Shown here one piece after another: positions 39,615 through 50,694 of a DNA stretch of 62,693 nucleotides. This DNA comes from Hemiscyllium ocellatum. Lineage: Eukaryota. Position 1 is the stretch's first letter. Each line of letters starts with the position of its first letter. Under the pieces are notes generated by a model. That model saw only the letters and a list, made by a program, of their open reading frames with translations. It was not told where the DNA came from and did no database searches. The stretch lies in the NCBI RefSeq assembly GCF_020745735.1, contig NW_026868245.1:1-62693 (forward strand), written 5' to 3'. Made by a program: the position numbers and the translations under genes.

Positions 39615-40390
39615 GGTTGGTGCTGAGGGAGTGGGCACTGTCGGAGGGTCAGTGCTGAGGGAGCGGGCACTGTCGGAGGGTCAGTGCAGAGGGAGTGCCG
39701 CACTGTCGGAGGGTCAGCGCTGAGGGAGCGGGCACGGTCGGAGGGTCAGTGCAGAGGGAGTGCCGCACTGTCGGAGGGTCAGCGCTGAGGGAGCGGGCAC
39801 GGTCGGAGGGTCAGTGCAGAGGGAGTGCCGCACTGTCGGAGGGTCGGTGCTGAGGGAGTGGGCACTGTCGGAGGGTCAGTGCTGAGGGAGCGGGCACTGT
39901 CGGAGGGTCAGTGCTGAGGGAGTGCCGCACTGTCGGAGGGTCAGCGCTGAGGGAGCGGGCACGGTCGGAGGGTCAGTGCAGAGGGAGTGCCGCACTGTCG
40001 GAGGGTCAGCGCTGAGGGAGCGGGCACGGTCGGAGGGTCAGTGCAGAGGGAGTGCCGCACTGTCGGAGGGTCAGTGCTGAGGGAGTGGGCACTGTCGGAG
40101 GGTCAGTGCTGAGGGAGCGGGCCCTGTCGGAGGGTCAGTGCTGAGGGAGCGGGCCCTGTCGGAGGGTCAGTGCAGAGGGAGCGGGCCCTGTCGGAGGGTC
40201 AGCGCAGAGGGAGCGGGCCCTGTCGGAGGGTCAGCGCAGAGGGAGCGGGCCCTGTCGGAGGGTCAGCGCAGAGGGAGCGGGCCCTGTCGGAGGGTCAGCG
40301 CAGAGGGAGCGGGCACTGTCGGAGGGTCAGCGCAGAGGGAGCGGGCACTGTCGGAGGGTCAGTGCTGAGGGAGTGGGCCCTGTCGGAGGG
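39615..40390. repeat. 31-32 bp minisatellite
   Basis: Unit cactgtcggagggtcagtgctgagggagcggg. Confidence 0.92.
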
Positions 40391-40458
40391 ACAGGGAGGT
40401 GTGTGGGATCCTGCTGTGCCTCCCTACCCCCTGTCTGTCTCCCCCTCCCCCCCTCCAG

Positions 40459-40638
40459 GTGCCAGGTGAGAGACCCCAGGCTGTGTAGCCCCTCGGAGGT
40501 TTGCTTCGAGCTGGTGGAATATTCCGGATGTTGTCGGTTCACCGTCCCCTTCCTGCTGGGGCTCCTCACACACTCCCTCCGTCAGGGCAAGCTTCACCTC
40601 CTCACCACCCAGGGGAACTGTACCGCCATCAGCATCAG
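40459..40638 (+). CDS. CIROP: CIROP penultimate coding exon
   Basis: (R)CQVRDPRL...EYSGCCRFTVPFLLGLLTHSLRQGKLHLLTTQGNCTAISI(R). cctccAG and AG|GTAAGG boundaries, phase 2-2. Weak similarity to the corresponding human region. Confidence 0.75.
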
Positions 40639-43600
40639 GTAAGGCTCCCTCTACACTGTACCCCCACCCCAGGGACAGGGGGTTAGATACAGGGTAACGC
40701 TCCCTCTACACCGTCCCCTTCCTGCTGGGGCTCCTCACACACTCCCTCCGTCAGGGCAAGCTTCACCTCCTCACCACCCAGGGGAACTGTACCGCCATCA
40801 GCATCAGGTAAGGCTCCCTCTACACTGTACCCCCACCCCAGGGACAGGGGGTTAGATACAGGGTAACGCTCCCTCTACACCGTCCCCTTCCTGCTGGGGC
40901 TCCTCACACACTCCCTCCGTCAGGGCAAGCTTCACCTCCTCACCACCCAGGGGAACTGTACCGCCATCAGCATCAGGTAAGGCTCCCTCTACACTGTACC
41001 CCCACCCCAGGGACAGGGGGTTAGATACAGGGTAACGCTCCCTCTACACCGTCCCCTTCCTGCTGGGGCTCCTCACACACTCCCTCCGTCAGGGCAAGCT
41101 TCACCTCCTCACCACCCAGGGGAACTGTACCGCCATCAGCATCAGGTAAGGCTCCCTCTACACTGTACCCCCACCCCAGGGACAGGGGGTTAGATACAGG
41201 GTAACGCTCCCTCTACACCGTCCCCTTCCTGCTGGGGCTCCTCACACACTCCCTCCGTCAGGGCAAGCTTCACCTCCTCACCACCCAGGGGAACTGTACC
41301 GCCATCAGCATCAGGTAAGGCTCCCTCTACACTGTACCCCCACCCCAGGGACAGGGGGTTAGATACAGGGTAACGCTCCCTCTACACCGTCCCCTTCCTG
41401 CTGGGGCTCCTCACACACTCCCTCCGTCAGGGCAAGCTTCACCTCCTCACCACCCAGGGGAACTGTACCGCCATCAGCATCAGGTAAGGCTCCCTCTACA
41501 CTGTACCCCCACCCCAGGGACAGGGGGTTAGATACAGGGTAACGCTCCCTCTACACCGTCCCCTTCCTGCTGGGGCTCCTCACACACTCCCTCCGTCAGG
41601 GCAAGCTTCACCTCCTCACCACCCAGGGGAACTGTACCGCCATCAGCATCAGGTAAGGCTCCCTCTACACTGTCCCCCCACCCCAGGGACAGGGGGTTAG
41701 ATACAGGGTAACGCTCCCTCTACACCGTCCCCTTCCTGCTGGGGCTCCTCACACACTCCCTCCGTCAGGGCAAGCTTCACCTCCTCACCACCCAGGGGAA
41801 CTGTACCGCCATCAGCATCAGGTAAGGCTCCCTCTACACTGTACCCCCACCCCAGGGACAGGGGGTTAGATACAGGGTAACGCTCCCTCTACACCGTCCC
41901 CTTCCTGCTGGGGCTCCTCACACACTCCCTCCGTCAGGGCAAGCTTCACCTCCTCACCACCCAGGGGAACTGTACCGCCATCAGCATCAGGTAAGGCTCC
42001 CTCTACACTGTACCCCCACCCCAGGGACAGGGGGTTAGATACAGGGTAACGCTCCCTCTACACCGTCCCCTTCCTGCTGGGGCTCCTCACACACTCCCTC
42101 CGTCAGGGCAAGCTTCACCTCCTCACCACCCAGGGGAACTGTACCGCCATCAGCATCAGGTAAGGCTCCCTCTACACTGTCCCCCCACCCCAGGGACAGG
42201 GGGTTAGATACAGGGTAACGCTCCCTCTACACCGTCCCCTTCCTGCTGGGGCTCCTCACACACTCCCTCCGTCAGGGCAAGCTTCACCTCCTCACCACCC
42301 AGGGGAACTGTACCGCCATCAGCATCAGGTAAGGCTCCCTCTACACTGTACCCCCACCCCAGGGACAGGGGGTTAGATACAGGGTAACGCTCCCTCTACA
42401 CCGTCCCCTTCCTGCTGGGGCTCCTCACACACTCCCTCCGTCAGGGCAAGCTTCACCTCCTCACCACCCAGGGGAACTGTACCGCCATCAGCATCAGGTA
42501 AGGCTCCCTCTACACTGTACCCCCACCCCAGGGACAGGGGGTTAGATACAGGGTAACGCTCCCTCTACACCGTCCCCTTCCTGCTGGGGCTCCTCACACA
42601 CTCCCTCCGTCAGGGCAAGCTTCACCTCCTCACCACCCAGGGGAACTGTACCGCCATCAGCATCAGGTAAGGCTCCCTCTACACTGTCCCCCCACCCCAG
42701 GGACAGGGGGTTAGATACAGGGTAACGCTCCCTCTACACCGTCCCCTTCCTGCTGGGGCTCCTCACACACTCCCTCCGTCAGGGCAAGCTTCACCTCCTC
42801 ACCACCCAGGGGAACTGTACCGCCATCAGCATCAGGTAAGGCTCCCTCTACACTGTACCCCCACCCCAGGGACAGGGGGTTAGATACAGGGTAACGCTCC
42901 CTCTACACCGTCCCCTTCCTGCTGGGGCTCCTCACACACTCCCTCCGTCAGGGCAAGCTTCACCTCCTCACCACCCAGGGGAACTGTACCGCCATCAGCA
43001 TCAGGTAAGGCTCCCTCTACACTGTACCCCCACCCCAGGGACAGGGGGTTAGATACAGGGTAACGCTCCCTCTACACCGTCCCCTTCCTGCTGGGGCTCC
43101 TCACACACTCCCTCCGTCAGGGCAAGCTTCACCTCCTCACCACCCAGGGGAACTGTACCGCCATCAGCATCAGGTAAGGCTCCCTCTACACTGTCCCCCC
43201 ACCCCAGGGACAGGGGGTTAGATACAGGGTAACGCTCCCTCTACACCGTCCCCTTCCTGCTGGGGCTCCTCACACACTCCCTCCGTCAGGGCAAGCTTCA
43301 CCTCCTCACCACCCAGGGGAACTGTACCGCCATCAGCATCAGGTAAGGCTCCCTCTACACTGTCCCCCCACCCCAGGGACAGGGGGTTAGATACAGGGTA
43401 ACGCTCCCTCTACACCGTCCCCTTCCTGCTGGGGCTCCTCACACACTCCCTCCGTCAGGGCAAGCTTCACCTCCTCACCACCCAGGGGAACTGTACCGCC
43501 ATCAGCATCAGGTAAGGCTCCCTCTACACTGTACCCCCACCCCAGGGACAGGGGGTTAGATACAGGGTAACGCTCCCTCTACACCGTCCCCTTCCTGCTG

Positions 43601-44375
43601 GGGCTCCTCACACACTCCCTCCGTCAGGGCAAGCTTCACCTCCTCACCACCCAGGGGAACTGTACCGCCATCAGCATCAGGTAAGGCTCCCTCTACACTG
43701 TACCCCCACCCCAGGGACAGGGGGTTAGATACAGGGTAACGCTCCCTCTACACCGTCCCCTTCCTGCTGGGGCTCCTCACACACTCCCTCCGTCAGGGCA
43801 AGCTTCACCTCCTCACCACCCAGGGGAACTGTACCGCCATCAGCATCAGGTAAGGCTCCCTCTACACTGTACCCCCACCCCAGGGACAGGGGGTTAGATA
43901 CAGGGTAACGCTCCCTCTACACCGTCCCCTTCCTGCTGGGGCTCCTCACACACTCCCTCCGTCAGGGCAAGCTTCACCTCCTCACCACCCAGGGGAACTG
44001 TACCGCCATCAGCATCAGGTAAGGCTCCCTCTACACTGTACCCCCACCCCAGGGACAGGGGGTTAGATACAGGGTAACGCTCCCTCTACACCGTCCCCTT
44101 CCTGCTGGGGCTCCTCACACACTCCCTCCGTCAGGGCAAGCTTCACCTCCTCACCACCCAGGGGAACTGTACCGCCATCAGCATCAGGTAAGGCTCCCTC
44201 TACACTGTACCCCCACCCCAGGGACAGGGGGTTAGATACAGGGTAACGCTCCCTCTACACCGTCCCCTTCCTGCTGGGGCTCCTCACACACTCCCTCCGT
44301 CAGGGCAAGCTTCACCTCCTCACCACCCAGGGGAACTGTACCGCCATCAGCATCAGGTAAGGCTCCCTCTACACT
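40540..44375 (+). repeat. 169-bp near-perfect tandem array made of the 3' 99 nt of the CIROP exon, its donor and 70 nt of intron
   Basis: AG|GTAAGG ends at 40638, 40807, 40976 ... 44356, a period of 169, giving 23 donors. Confidence 0.95.
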
Positions 44376-44639
44376 CTCCTTCCCCCCCCATCCCAGGGAC
44401 AGCACGGGGTTAGATACAGAGTAAAGCTCCCTCTACACTGTCCCCCCCCCATCCCAGGGACAGGGACAGCACAGGGTTAGATACAGAGTAAAGCTCCCTC
44501 TACACTGTCCCCCCCCCCATCCCAGGGACAGGGACAGCACAGGGTTAGATACAGAGTAAAGCTCCCTCTACACCGTCCCCTCTCCATCCCCTGGGTTGGG
44601 GAGGGTGTAAAGATCCCTGTACATGGGGGGAGTTTGTGT

Positions 44640-45330
44640 AGGGCTCTCTGTACCGGGGGACAGGGCGGGACGTCGGGCTTCCTGTACGGGGGGGGACAGG
44701 GCGGGGCGTCGGGCTCCCTGTACGGGGGGGGGACAGGGCGGGGCGTCGGGCTCCCTGTACGGTGTCAGGCCGGGCGTCGGGCTCCCTGTACCGGGACAGG
44801 GCGGGGTGTAGGGCTCCCTGTCCAGGGTCGGGCTGGGCGTCGGGCTCCCTGTACAGTGTCAGGGCGCGTGTAGGGCTCCCTGTACAGTGTCAGGGTGGGG
44901 CGTCGAGCTCCCTGTACACACAGGAAGAGCCCGTACTGACCGGTGGATGTGTTTCTCCCTCAGGTCCGGGAACACCGATGGGGGGCAGGGCTGGGTGTAG
45001 GGCTCCCTGTACCGGGACAGGGCCGGGCGTCGGGCTCCCTGTACCGGGACAGGGCCGGGCGTCGGGCTCCCTGTACACCCAGGAAGAGCCCGTACTGACA
45101 GGTGGATGTGTTGCTCCCTCAGGTCCGGGAGCACCGATGGGGGACAGGGCTGGGTGTAGGGCTCCCTGTACAGGGACAGGCCAGGCGTCGGGCTCCCTGT
45201 ACAGGGACAGGCCGGGTGTAGGGCTCCCTGTACAGGGACAGGCCTGGCGTCGGGCTCCCTGTACACCCAGGAAGAGCCCGTACTGACGGGTGGATGTGTT
45301 TCTCCCTCAGGTCCGGGAGCACCGATGGAG
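44640..45330. repeat. ~32-bp GC-rich tandem repeat including three copies of the last CIROP 3' splice site
   Basis: cgtcgggctccctgtac units. The block tactgac...ctccctcAG|GTCCGGGA occurs with exon starts at 44964, 45123 and 45311. Confidence 0.85.
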
Positions 45331-45485
45331 ACAGACCCCCGCTGCCTGCCCCAGCCTCTGTCCTGCTCACTGCCCTGTGTAGTTCCCTCGCTCTGGCCCT
45401 GGTGGGCGGCGCGGTGGGAGCTGGGATTTATCACCGTCTGCACCGGGCCAGAGGGAGGGTACACGCCGGGGGGGAGACAGGCTGA
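45311..45485 (+). CDS. CIROP: CIROP terminal coding exon with transmembrane helix
   Basis: SGSTDGDRPPLPAPASVLLTALCSSLALALVGGAVGAGIYHRLHRARGRVHAGGETG*. Hydrophobic run followed by basic residues; phase 2 acceptor matches the previous exon. Confidence 0.8.
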
Positions 45486-45910
45486 GGGAGGGACAGGCCC
45501 CNNNNNNNNNNNNNNNNNNNNNNNNNNNNNNNNNNNNNNNNNNNNNNNNNNNNNNNNNNNNNNNNNNNNNNNNNNNNNNNNNNNNNNNNNNNNNNNNNNN
45601 NNNNNNNNNNNNNNNNNNNNNNNNNNNNNNNNCACAGGGACACAGGGAGAGAGAGACACACACACACACACACACAGTGAGGGACAGGCCCCCACCCACA
45701 GGGACACAGGGAGAGAGACACACACACACACACCCACACAGTGAGGGAGAGGGCCCCACCCACAGGGACAGACACACACACACACACACACACACACAGT
45801 GAGTGAGGGAGGGGTCCCCACCCACAGGGACACAGAGAGAGAGAGAGAGAGACACACACACACAGGGACACAGGGAGACAGACAGTGAGACAGTGTGTTT
45901 TATGGAAGGT

Positions 45911-45916
45911 TTTATT
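45911..45916 (-). terminator. Polyadenylation signal of C14orf119
   Basis: AATAAA on the minus strand ~90 nt after the stop, followed by a GT/T-rich downstream tract. Confidence 0.7.
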
Positions 45917-46003
45917 GATCAGAATGGGACTGTATTGTGGGGACAGAGTGTCACAGACCCCCCCCCCCCCCCCCCCCACCCTCACCGCCCCCTCCCCCCA
46001 GGG

Positions 46004-46366
46004 TCACTGCCTGCCTGCTGTCGATGCCAGTTCCCTGTAAAACTGGGCAGCGTATTCCGGGGCGCTCTCCTCCAGCCTGGTCACCAGCTGGTTCTGCTGG
46101 TCCTCCGTCCAGCTCTCGAACCAGCGGGCCCACAGCCGCAGCTGGCACTGGAACAGGCTGGGGGGCCGGTCAGTCAGGGCCAGGCTGCCCAGTCCCTCCA
46201 GCAGGCAGCATACCTTCCCCGGGACTGCCCTCTTCACCAGCTCCCCCACAAACACCCGGCGCTGGCACGGGCTCCAGCCGCTGAACCAGTGCAGGACGCA
46301 GCGGAGCTCCTGTTCAGGGGACGCCCATGGATTCGCCGAGAGACCGGGCGCCACGGCCTCACCCAT
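46004..46366 (-). CDS. C14orf119: C14orf119 homolog (single coding exon, ~120 aa)
   Basis: EQELRCVLHWFSGWSPCQR...DRPPSLFQCQLRLWARWF...QFYRELASTAGRQ versus recalled human QEMKCILHWFANWSGPQR...DRPPSIFECQLHLWDQWF...KFYQAVAATAGKD. Acceptor at 46402; first ATG at 46366; lies between CIROP and ACIN1 as in human. Confidence 0.93.
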   Translation of the reverse strand: MGEAVAPGLSANPWASPEQELRCVLHWFSGWSPCQRRVFVGELVKRAVPGKVCCLLEGLGSLALTDRPPSLFQCQLRLWARWFESWTEDQQNQLVTRLEESAPEYAAQFYRELASTAGRQ

Positions 46367-46514
46367 CACACCCACACCGTCCGGGGGCACCAGCTGGAGA
46401 CCTGCCGGGGGACAGGGACACAGAGAGAGAGACAACACGTTATTACCACCGCGGCTGCTGGACGTCATGAGCCTTTGGCTGGAGGGCAGGACGTGACCCA
46501 CAATCCCCTCCCTC

Positions 46515-47625
46515 TCGCTGTCTCAGCCCCCGACACGCTCAATACCCCACTCTCCTGCCTCCCTCCCCCCTCAAACACCACCCACCCTCTCTCTGTCTGT
46601 CTCAGCCTCCGACACGCTCAATACCCCACTCTCCTGCCTTCCCCCTTCCCCCCCTCAAACACCACCCACCCTCTCTCTGTCTGTCTCAGCCTCCGACACG
46701 CTCAATACCCCACTCTCCTGCCTTCCCCCTTCCCCCCCTCAAACACCACCCACCCTCTCTCTGTCTGTCTCAGCCTCCGACACGCTCAATACCCCACTCT
46801 CCTGCCTTCCCCCCCTCCCCCCCTCAACACCACCCTCCCTCCCTCTGTCTCAGCCTGCAACATGCTCAATACCCCACTCTCCTGCCTTTTCCCCCCTCCC
46901 CCCTCAAACACCACCCTCCCTCCCTGTCTCAGCCTCCAACACACAATACCCCACTCTCCTGCCTTCCCCCTCCCTCAAACACCACCCTCTCTCTGTCTCA
47001 GCCTCCGACACGCTCAATACCCCACTCTCCTGCCTTTCCCCCCTCCCCCCTCAAACACCACCCTCCCTCTGTCTGTCTCAGCCTCCGACACACAATACCC
47101 CACTCTCCTGCCTCCCTCCCCCCTCAAACACCACCCTCCCTCCCTCTGTCTCAGCCTCCAACACGCTCAATACCCCACTCTCCTGCCTTCCCCCCTCCCC
47201 CCTCAAACACCACCCTCCCTCCCTCTCTGTCTCAGCCTCCAACACGCTCAATACCCCACTCTCCTGCCTTCCCCCCTCAAACACCACCCTCCCTCCCTGT
47301 CTCAGCCTCCGACACGCTCAATACCCCACTCTCCTGCCTTTCCCACCCCCCCTCAAAAACCACCCACCCTCCCTCCCTGTCTCAGCCTCCAACACGCTCA
47401 ATACCCCACTCTCCTGCCTTTCCCACCTCAAACACCACCCTCCCTCAGCCTCAGCCTCAGCCTCAGCCTCAGCCTCAGCCTCAGCCTCAGCCTCAGCCTC
47501 AGCCTCAGCCTCAGCCTCAGCCTCCGACACGCTCAATACCCCACTCTCCTGCCTTCCCCCTCACCCCCCCCCCCAAACACCACCCTCCCTCTGTCTGTCT
47601 CAGCCTTGAATACCCTCAACCCCCC
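46515..47625. repeat. ~70-bp C-rich minisatellite with an embedded (CCTCAG)n run
   Basis: Unit tgtctcagcctccgacacgctcaataccccactctcctgcct(c/t)n-caaacaccacc; hexamer run at ~47442-47523. Confidence 0.9.
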
Positions 47626-48439
47626 TCCCCTCCCTCTGAGGGTATTCAAGGCAGAGACAGACAGAGGGATTCAGTGCCCCAGCCTCTCCCCCACCAAGAA
47701 TTCCACAGATTCCCTCCCCCCTGGAGAGTCGAGGAATTCCTCTGTCTCCAATGTGGGGGGAGGGGGAGAGAAGAGAAATCCCTTATTCTGAGTTGATGCC
47801 CCTGCTGGGTCCCAGATTCTTCTCCCCCACAAGGTGGGACGGGGGAAAAAACGACCTCTCCCCATTTTCCGGCCCCCCCCTCCTCCAATCGACGCGCCCT
47901 CTCCCTCCTCAGGATCGGCCAAGTGAACCTGCCCTGGACTATCCCTGCTTGGATGCGGGGCCCCGAATGTTCACTGCATTACGTTTCCTCCTGCGGGGAA
48001 GAGATTGACCCGAACAGAGCTGCTCCCGCTGCACGCTCAGGACTGGAAACAGAGGTCTCTGCTCCTCTACTCTCTCAGTTTCTCTCAATAAACATGTGTC
48101 AGACCAGCGTCACTGCCTCCTCTTGCCTGGTACAGGTCAGGAACTGGGGAACAGAGCTCACACTCTGCCTGGCTCAGGATAATCACATCGCGCATCGTTG
48201 TTTGACACTTAAAATCTTCAGCAGGACATCACTGCATTTATCCCCCGACTCATCCCATCCTGGGTTACCCCTCAAGGGGGCAAACTATAGACAGGCAATA
48301 AAGACCGCGCTGACTGCATTTCAGGGAGCCGTTACTGGACAAATATTGATAGGAAAGGGATTGTCCAACTGTACAAGGTCAGACAGGGTGAAAAGAGAAT
48401 TATAGTCTCTGTCTCAGATGTATCAACACAGGAGGGACA

Positions 48440-49033
48440 TAGGGACAGGAACTGTACACGGTGCTCCTAGTGTGGGTCTGACCCAGGGATAGGGAGACGG
48501 GAACTGTGCACGGTGCTCCGAGTGTGGGTCTGAACCAGGGACAGGGAGACGGGAACTGTGCACGGTGCTCCGAGTGTGGGTCTGACCCAGGGATAGGGAG
48601 ACGGGAACTGTGCACGGTGCTCCGAGTGTGGGTCTGACCCAGGGGGATAGGGAGACGGGAACTGTGCACGGTGCTCCGAGTGTGGGTCTGACCCAGGGAC
48701 AGGGAGACGGGAACTGTGCACGGTGCTCCGAGTGTGGGTCTGACCCAGGGATAGGGAGACGGGAACTGTGCACGGTGCTCCGAGTGTGGGTCTGACCCAG
48801 GGGGATAGGGAGACGGGAACTGTGCACGGTGCTCCGAGTGTGGGTCTGACCCAGGGGGATAGGGAGACGGGAACTGTGCACGGTGCTCCGAGTGTGGGTC
48901 TGACCCAGGGACAGGGAGACGGGAACTGTGCACGGTGCTCCGAGTGTGGGTCTGACCCAGGGGGATAGGGAGACGGGAACTGTGCACGGTGCTCCGAGTG
49001 TGGGTCTGACCCAGGGACAGGGAGACGGGAACT
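48440..49033. repeat. Second array (~11 copies) of the 52-54 bp CR1-derived minisatellite
   Basis: Same unit and orientation as 33005-34275. Confidence 0.92.
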
Positions 49034-49110
49034 TGTATCTTGGCAAGTTTGGGGCCGAATGGCCTTTTGCTGTTCCTGACACACTCTGGGTTAGTGACGA
49101 GGTGACCCAC

Positions 49111-49260
49111 CTGTGCCGTGGAGGGGGTGGCTTCCCCCTCCCTTGACGTAGCGCCCGCACCGTCCCTGAGCTGGCTTCCCAGCTGCCCTGCTGGGGGCGA
49201 GTTGGCGTGTGGACTGCCCCTTTAAATGGGGCGGGCGGTGGACTTCCGCGTCTGGGTCCG
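49111..49260 (-). other. C14orf119: Probable non-coding first exon of C14orf119 (5' end uncertain)
   Basis: Donor CAG|GTGGGT at 49110 on the minus strand, at the edge of the CpG island. Confidence 0.45.
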
Positions 49261-50000
49261 GAAACGCCCGAGCGGCGGCGGAGATGCCCGACCGGTGACG
49301 TCAACGCTCGGAGAGACCGCCGGAAGTAGCCGAGGCTCTAGGACCGGAAGTAGCCGATGCACTCGGACCGGAAACGGCCTGGAGCGAAGCTGGAAGACGA
49401 ACAAAACTTCCCGTTAGGAATATGACAATTTACGTCGCCTTTTTATTTTTTATTAAAACAAAAAGATAGCAGGGCTACAGGTCTGTCGATCTACGATAAA
49501 AAAAACATCCGAGAGGAATCTCCGTTATAAACAGCGGAAGTTACCGAAGGCGTCCGGAAAGTGCCGAGGGTGACATCAGAAAGAGCGCGGCCGGACGGGT
49601 TTAAAAAAACTTTCCCGCGTCTTACGTCGTGACGCCAGACGCAGCCCGGAAAGTGCCGAAGAGTGTGCCCGGTGACGTCACCGGTCGTCCGGAAAGCGCC
49701 GAGAGGTCAGACGCAGCCCGGAGAGCGCCGAAGAGGGGTGCACGGTGACGTCACCGATCGTCCGGGAAAGCGCCGAGCGGGCTGCGGTGACGTCGGACGC
49801 AGCCCGGAGAGCGCCGAAGAGGGGTGCCCGCTGACGTCACCAGTCGTCCGGGAAAGCGCCGAGCGGGCTGCGGTGACGTCGGACGCACGCCGTCAAGGGC
49901 CGAGTGGCGGCGGCGGTGACGTCTGCGCCCGCCGGAGATTGCCGAAGCGGCCGGGCCCCGCCCCCCCCGCTGATGGCTCGGGAAGGGGGAGTGGAAAGAG
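49200..50000. promoter_or_regulatory. CpG-island bidirectional promoter for C14orf119 and ACIN1
   Basis: High CpG density. Full CRE TGACGTCA at 49296, 49673, 49746 and 49832; several CCGGAA(GT) ETS sites; GC box near 49228; head-to-head genes. Confidence 0.8.
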
Positions 50001-50008
50001 AAGGCAAG

Positions 50009-50146
50009 ATGGCGGATCTGGAAGACGTGACTCTAGACGGCAAAGAGTTGCAGAAGCTGCGGGTCACCGACCTGAAGGCGGCCCTGGAGGAGCGCGGCCT
50101 GGCCAAGAGCGGCTCCAAGAACGCGCTGATCAAGCGGCTGAAGGGG
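50009..50146 (+). CDS. ACIN1: ACIN1 (Acinus) coding exon 1, SAP domain
   Basis: [46 protein letters not shown] with donor GGG|GTGAGC. An in-frame upstream ATG at 49973 could add 12 aa. Confidence 0.94.
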
Positions 50147-50282
50147 GTGAGCCTCTCTTTCCCTGCCTTTGCCCGCTCGGGCGGTGTTTTCCTTTTAATA
50201 ACGGCCCTGTCCGCTTGTTTGTGTCGGCGCCGCCGCCGCCGAGGCGGGATGGCGGGTGGAGGGGGGATGGGAAGGGCCGGCA

Positions 50283-50442
50283 CCGCGCCTGCGCTCACCT
50301 CCCTCCGGCCGGCGCCCCGACGGCTCCGCGCCTGCGCCCCCTCCCTCCGGCCGGCGCCCCGACGGCTCCGCGCCTGCGCCCCCTCCCTCCGGCCGGCGCC
50401 CCGACGGCTCCGCGCCTGCGCCCCCTCCCTCCGGCCGGCGCC
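50283..50442. repeat. 42-bp GC-rich tandem repeat carrying the NRF1-type motif GCGCCTGCGC
   Basis: Motif at ~50285, 50328, 50370 and 50412. Confidence 0.8.
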
Positions 50443-50694
50443 CTGACGTCCCGGCACCTACGCGCTGGCTTCGCCGACCGGCCGTGCGTCTGCGCACTGC
50501 GTCGTCTCCCGGCGGCTGACGGTTGTGCGCCTGCGCAGACTGTTTCCCGCTGGCACCGAACCTGCGCACTGCGCGACCTCCCTCTTTTAAGGTTATGGTG
50601 GTGGGAGGGGGCGGAAATAAGGGATTGCGCCTGCGCATTGAGGTCTCCCTTTCATTGGGCCTTGGACTTGAGGCGGGGGAAGGCCTGGCCAGTG

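Noticed and set aside
40540-44375. CRISPR-like array or in-frame cassette exons
   Set aside because: Units are identical with no unique spacers. Candidate internal AGs (ttag, tacag) lack a pyrimidine tract, would give introns of ~50 nt and put the exon copy out of frame.
46367-46501. N-terminal extension of C14orf119 shown in the ORF track
   Set aside because: It crosses a clear polypyrimidine tract and acceptor at 46402, so the upstream part is intronic.
45803-47791. 662-aa plus-strand ORF
   Set aside because: Antisense to C14orf119 plus a C-rich tandem repeat; low complexity and no recognisable domain.
50147-50446. Continuation of the ACIN1 ORF past LKG
   Set aside because: Similarity ends at a GTGAGC donor and resumes at exon 2 (58496); the extension is an intronic 42-bp repeat.
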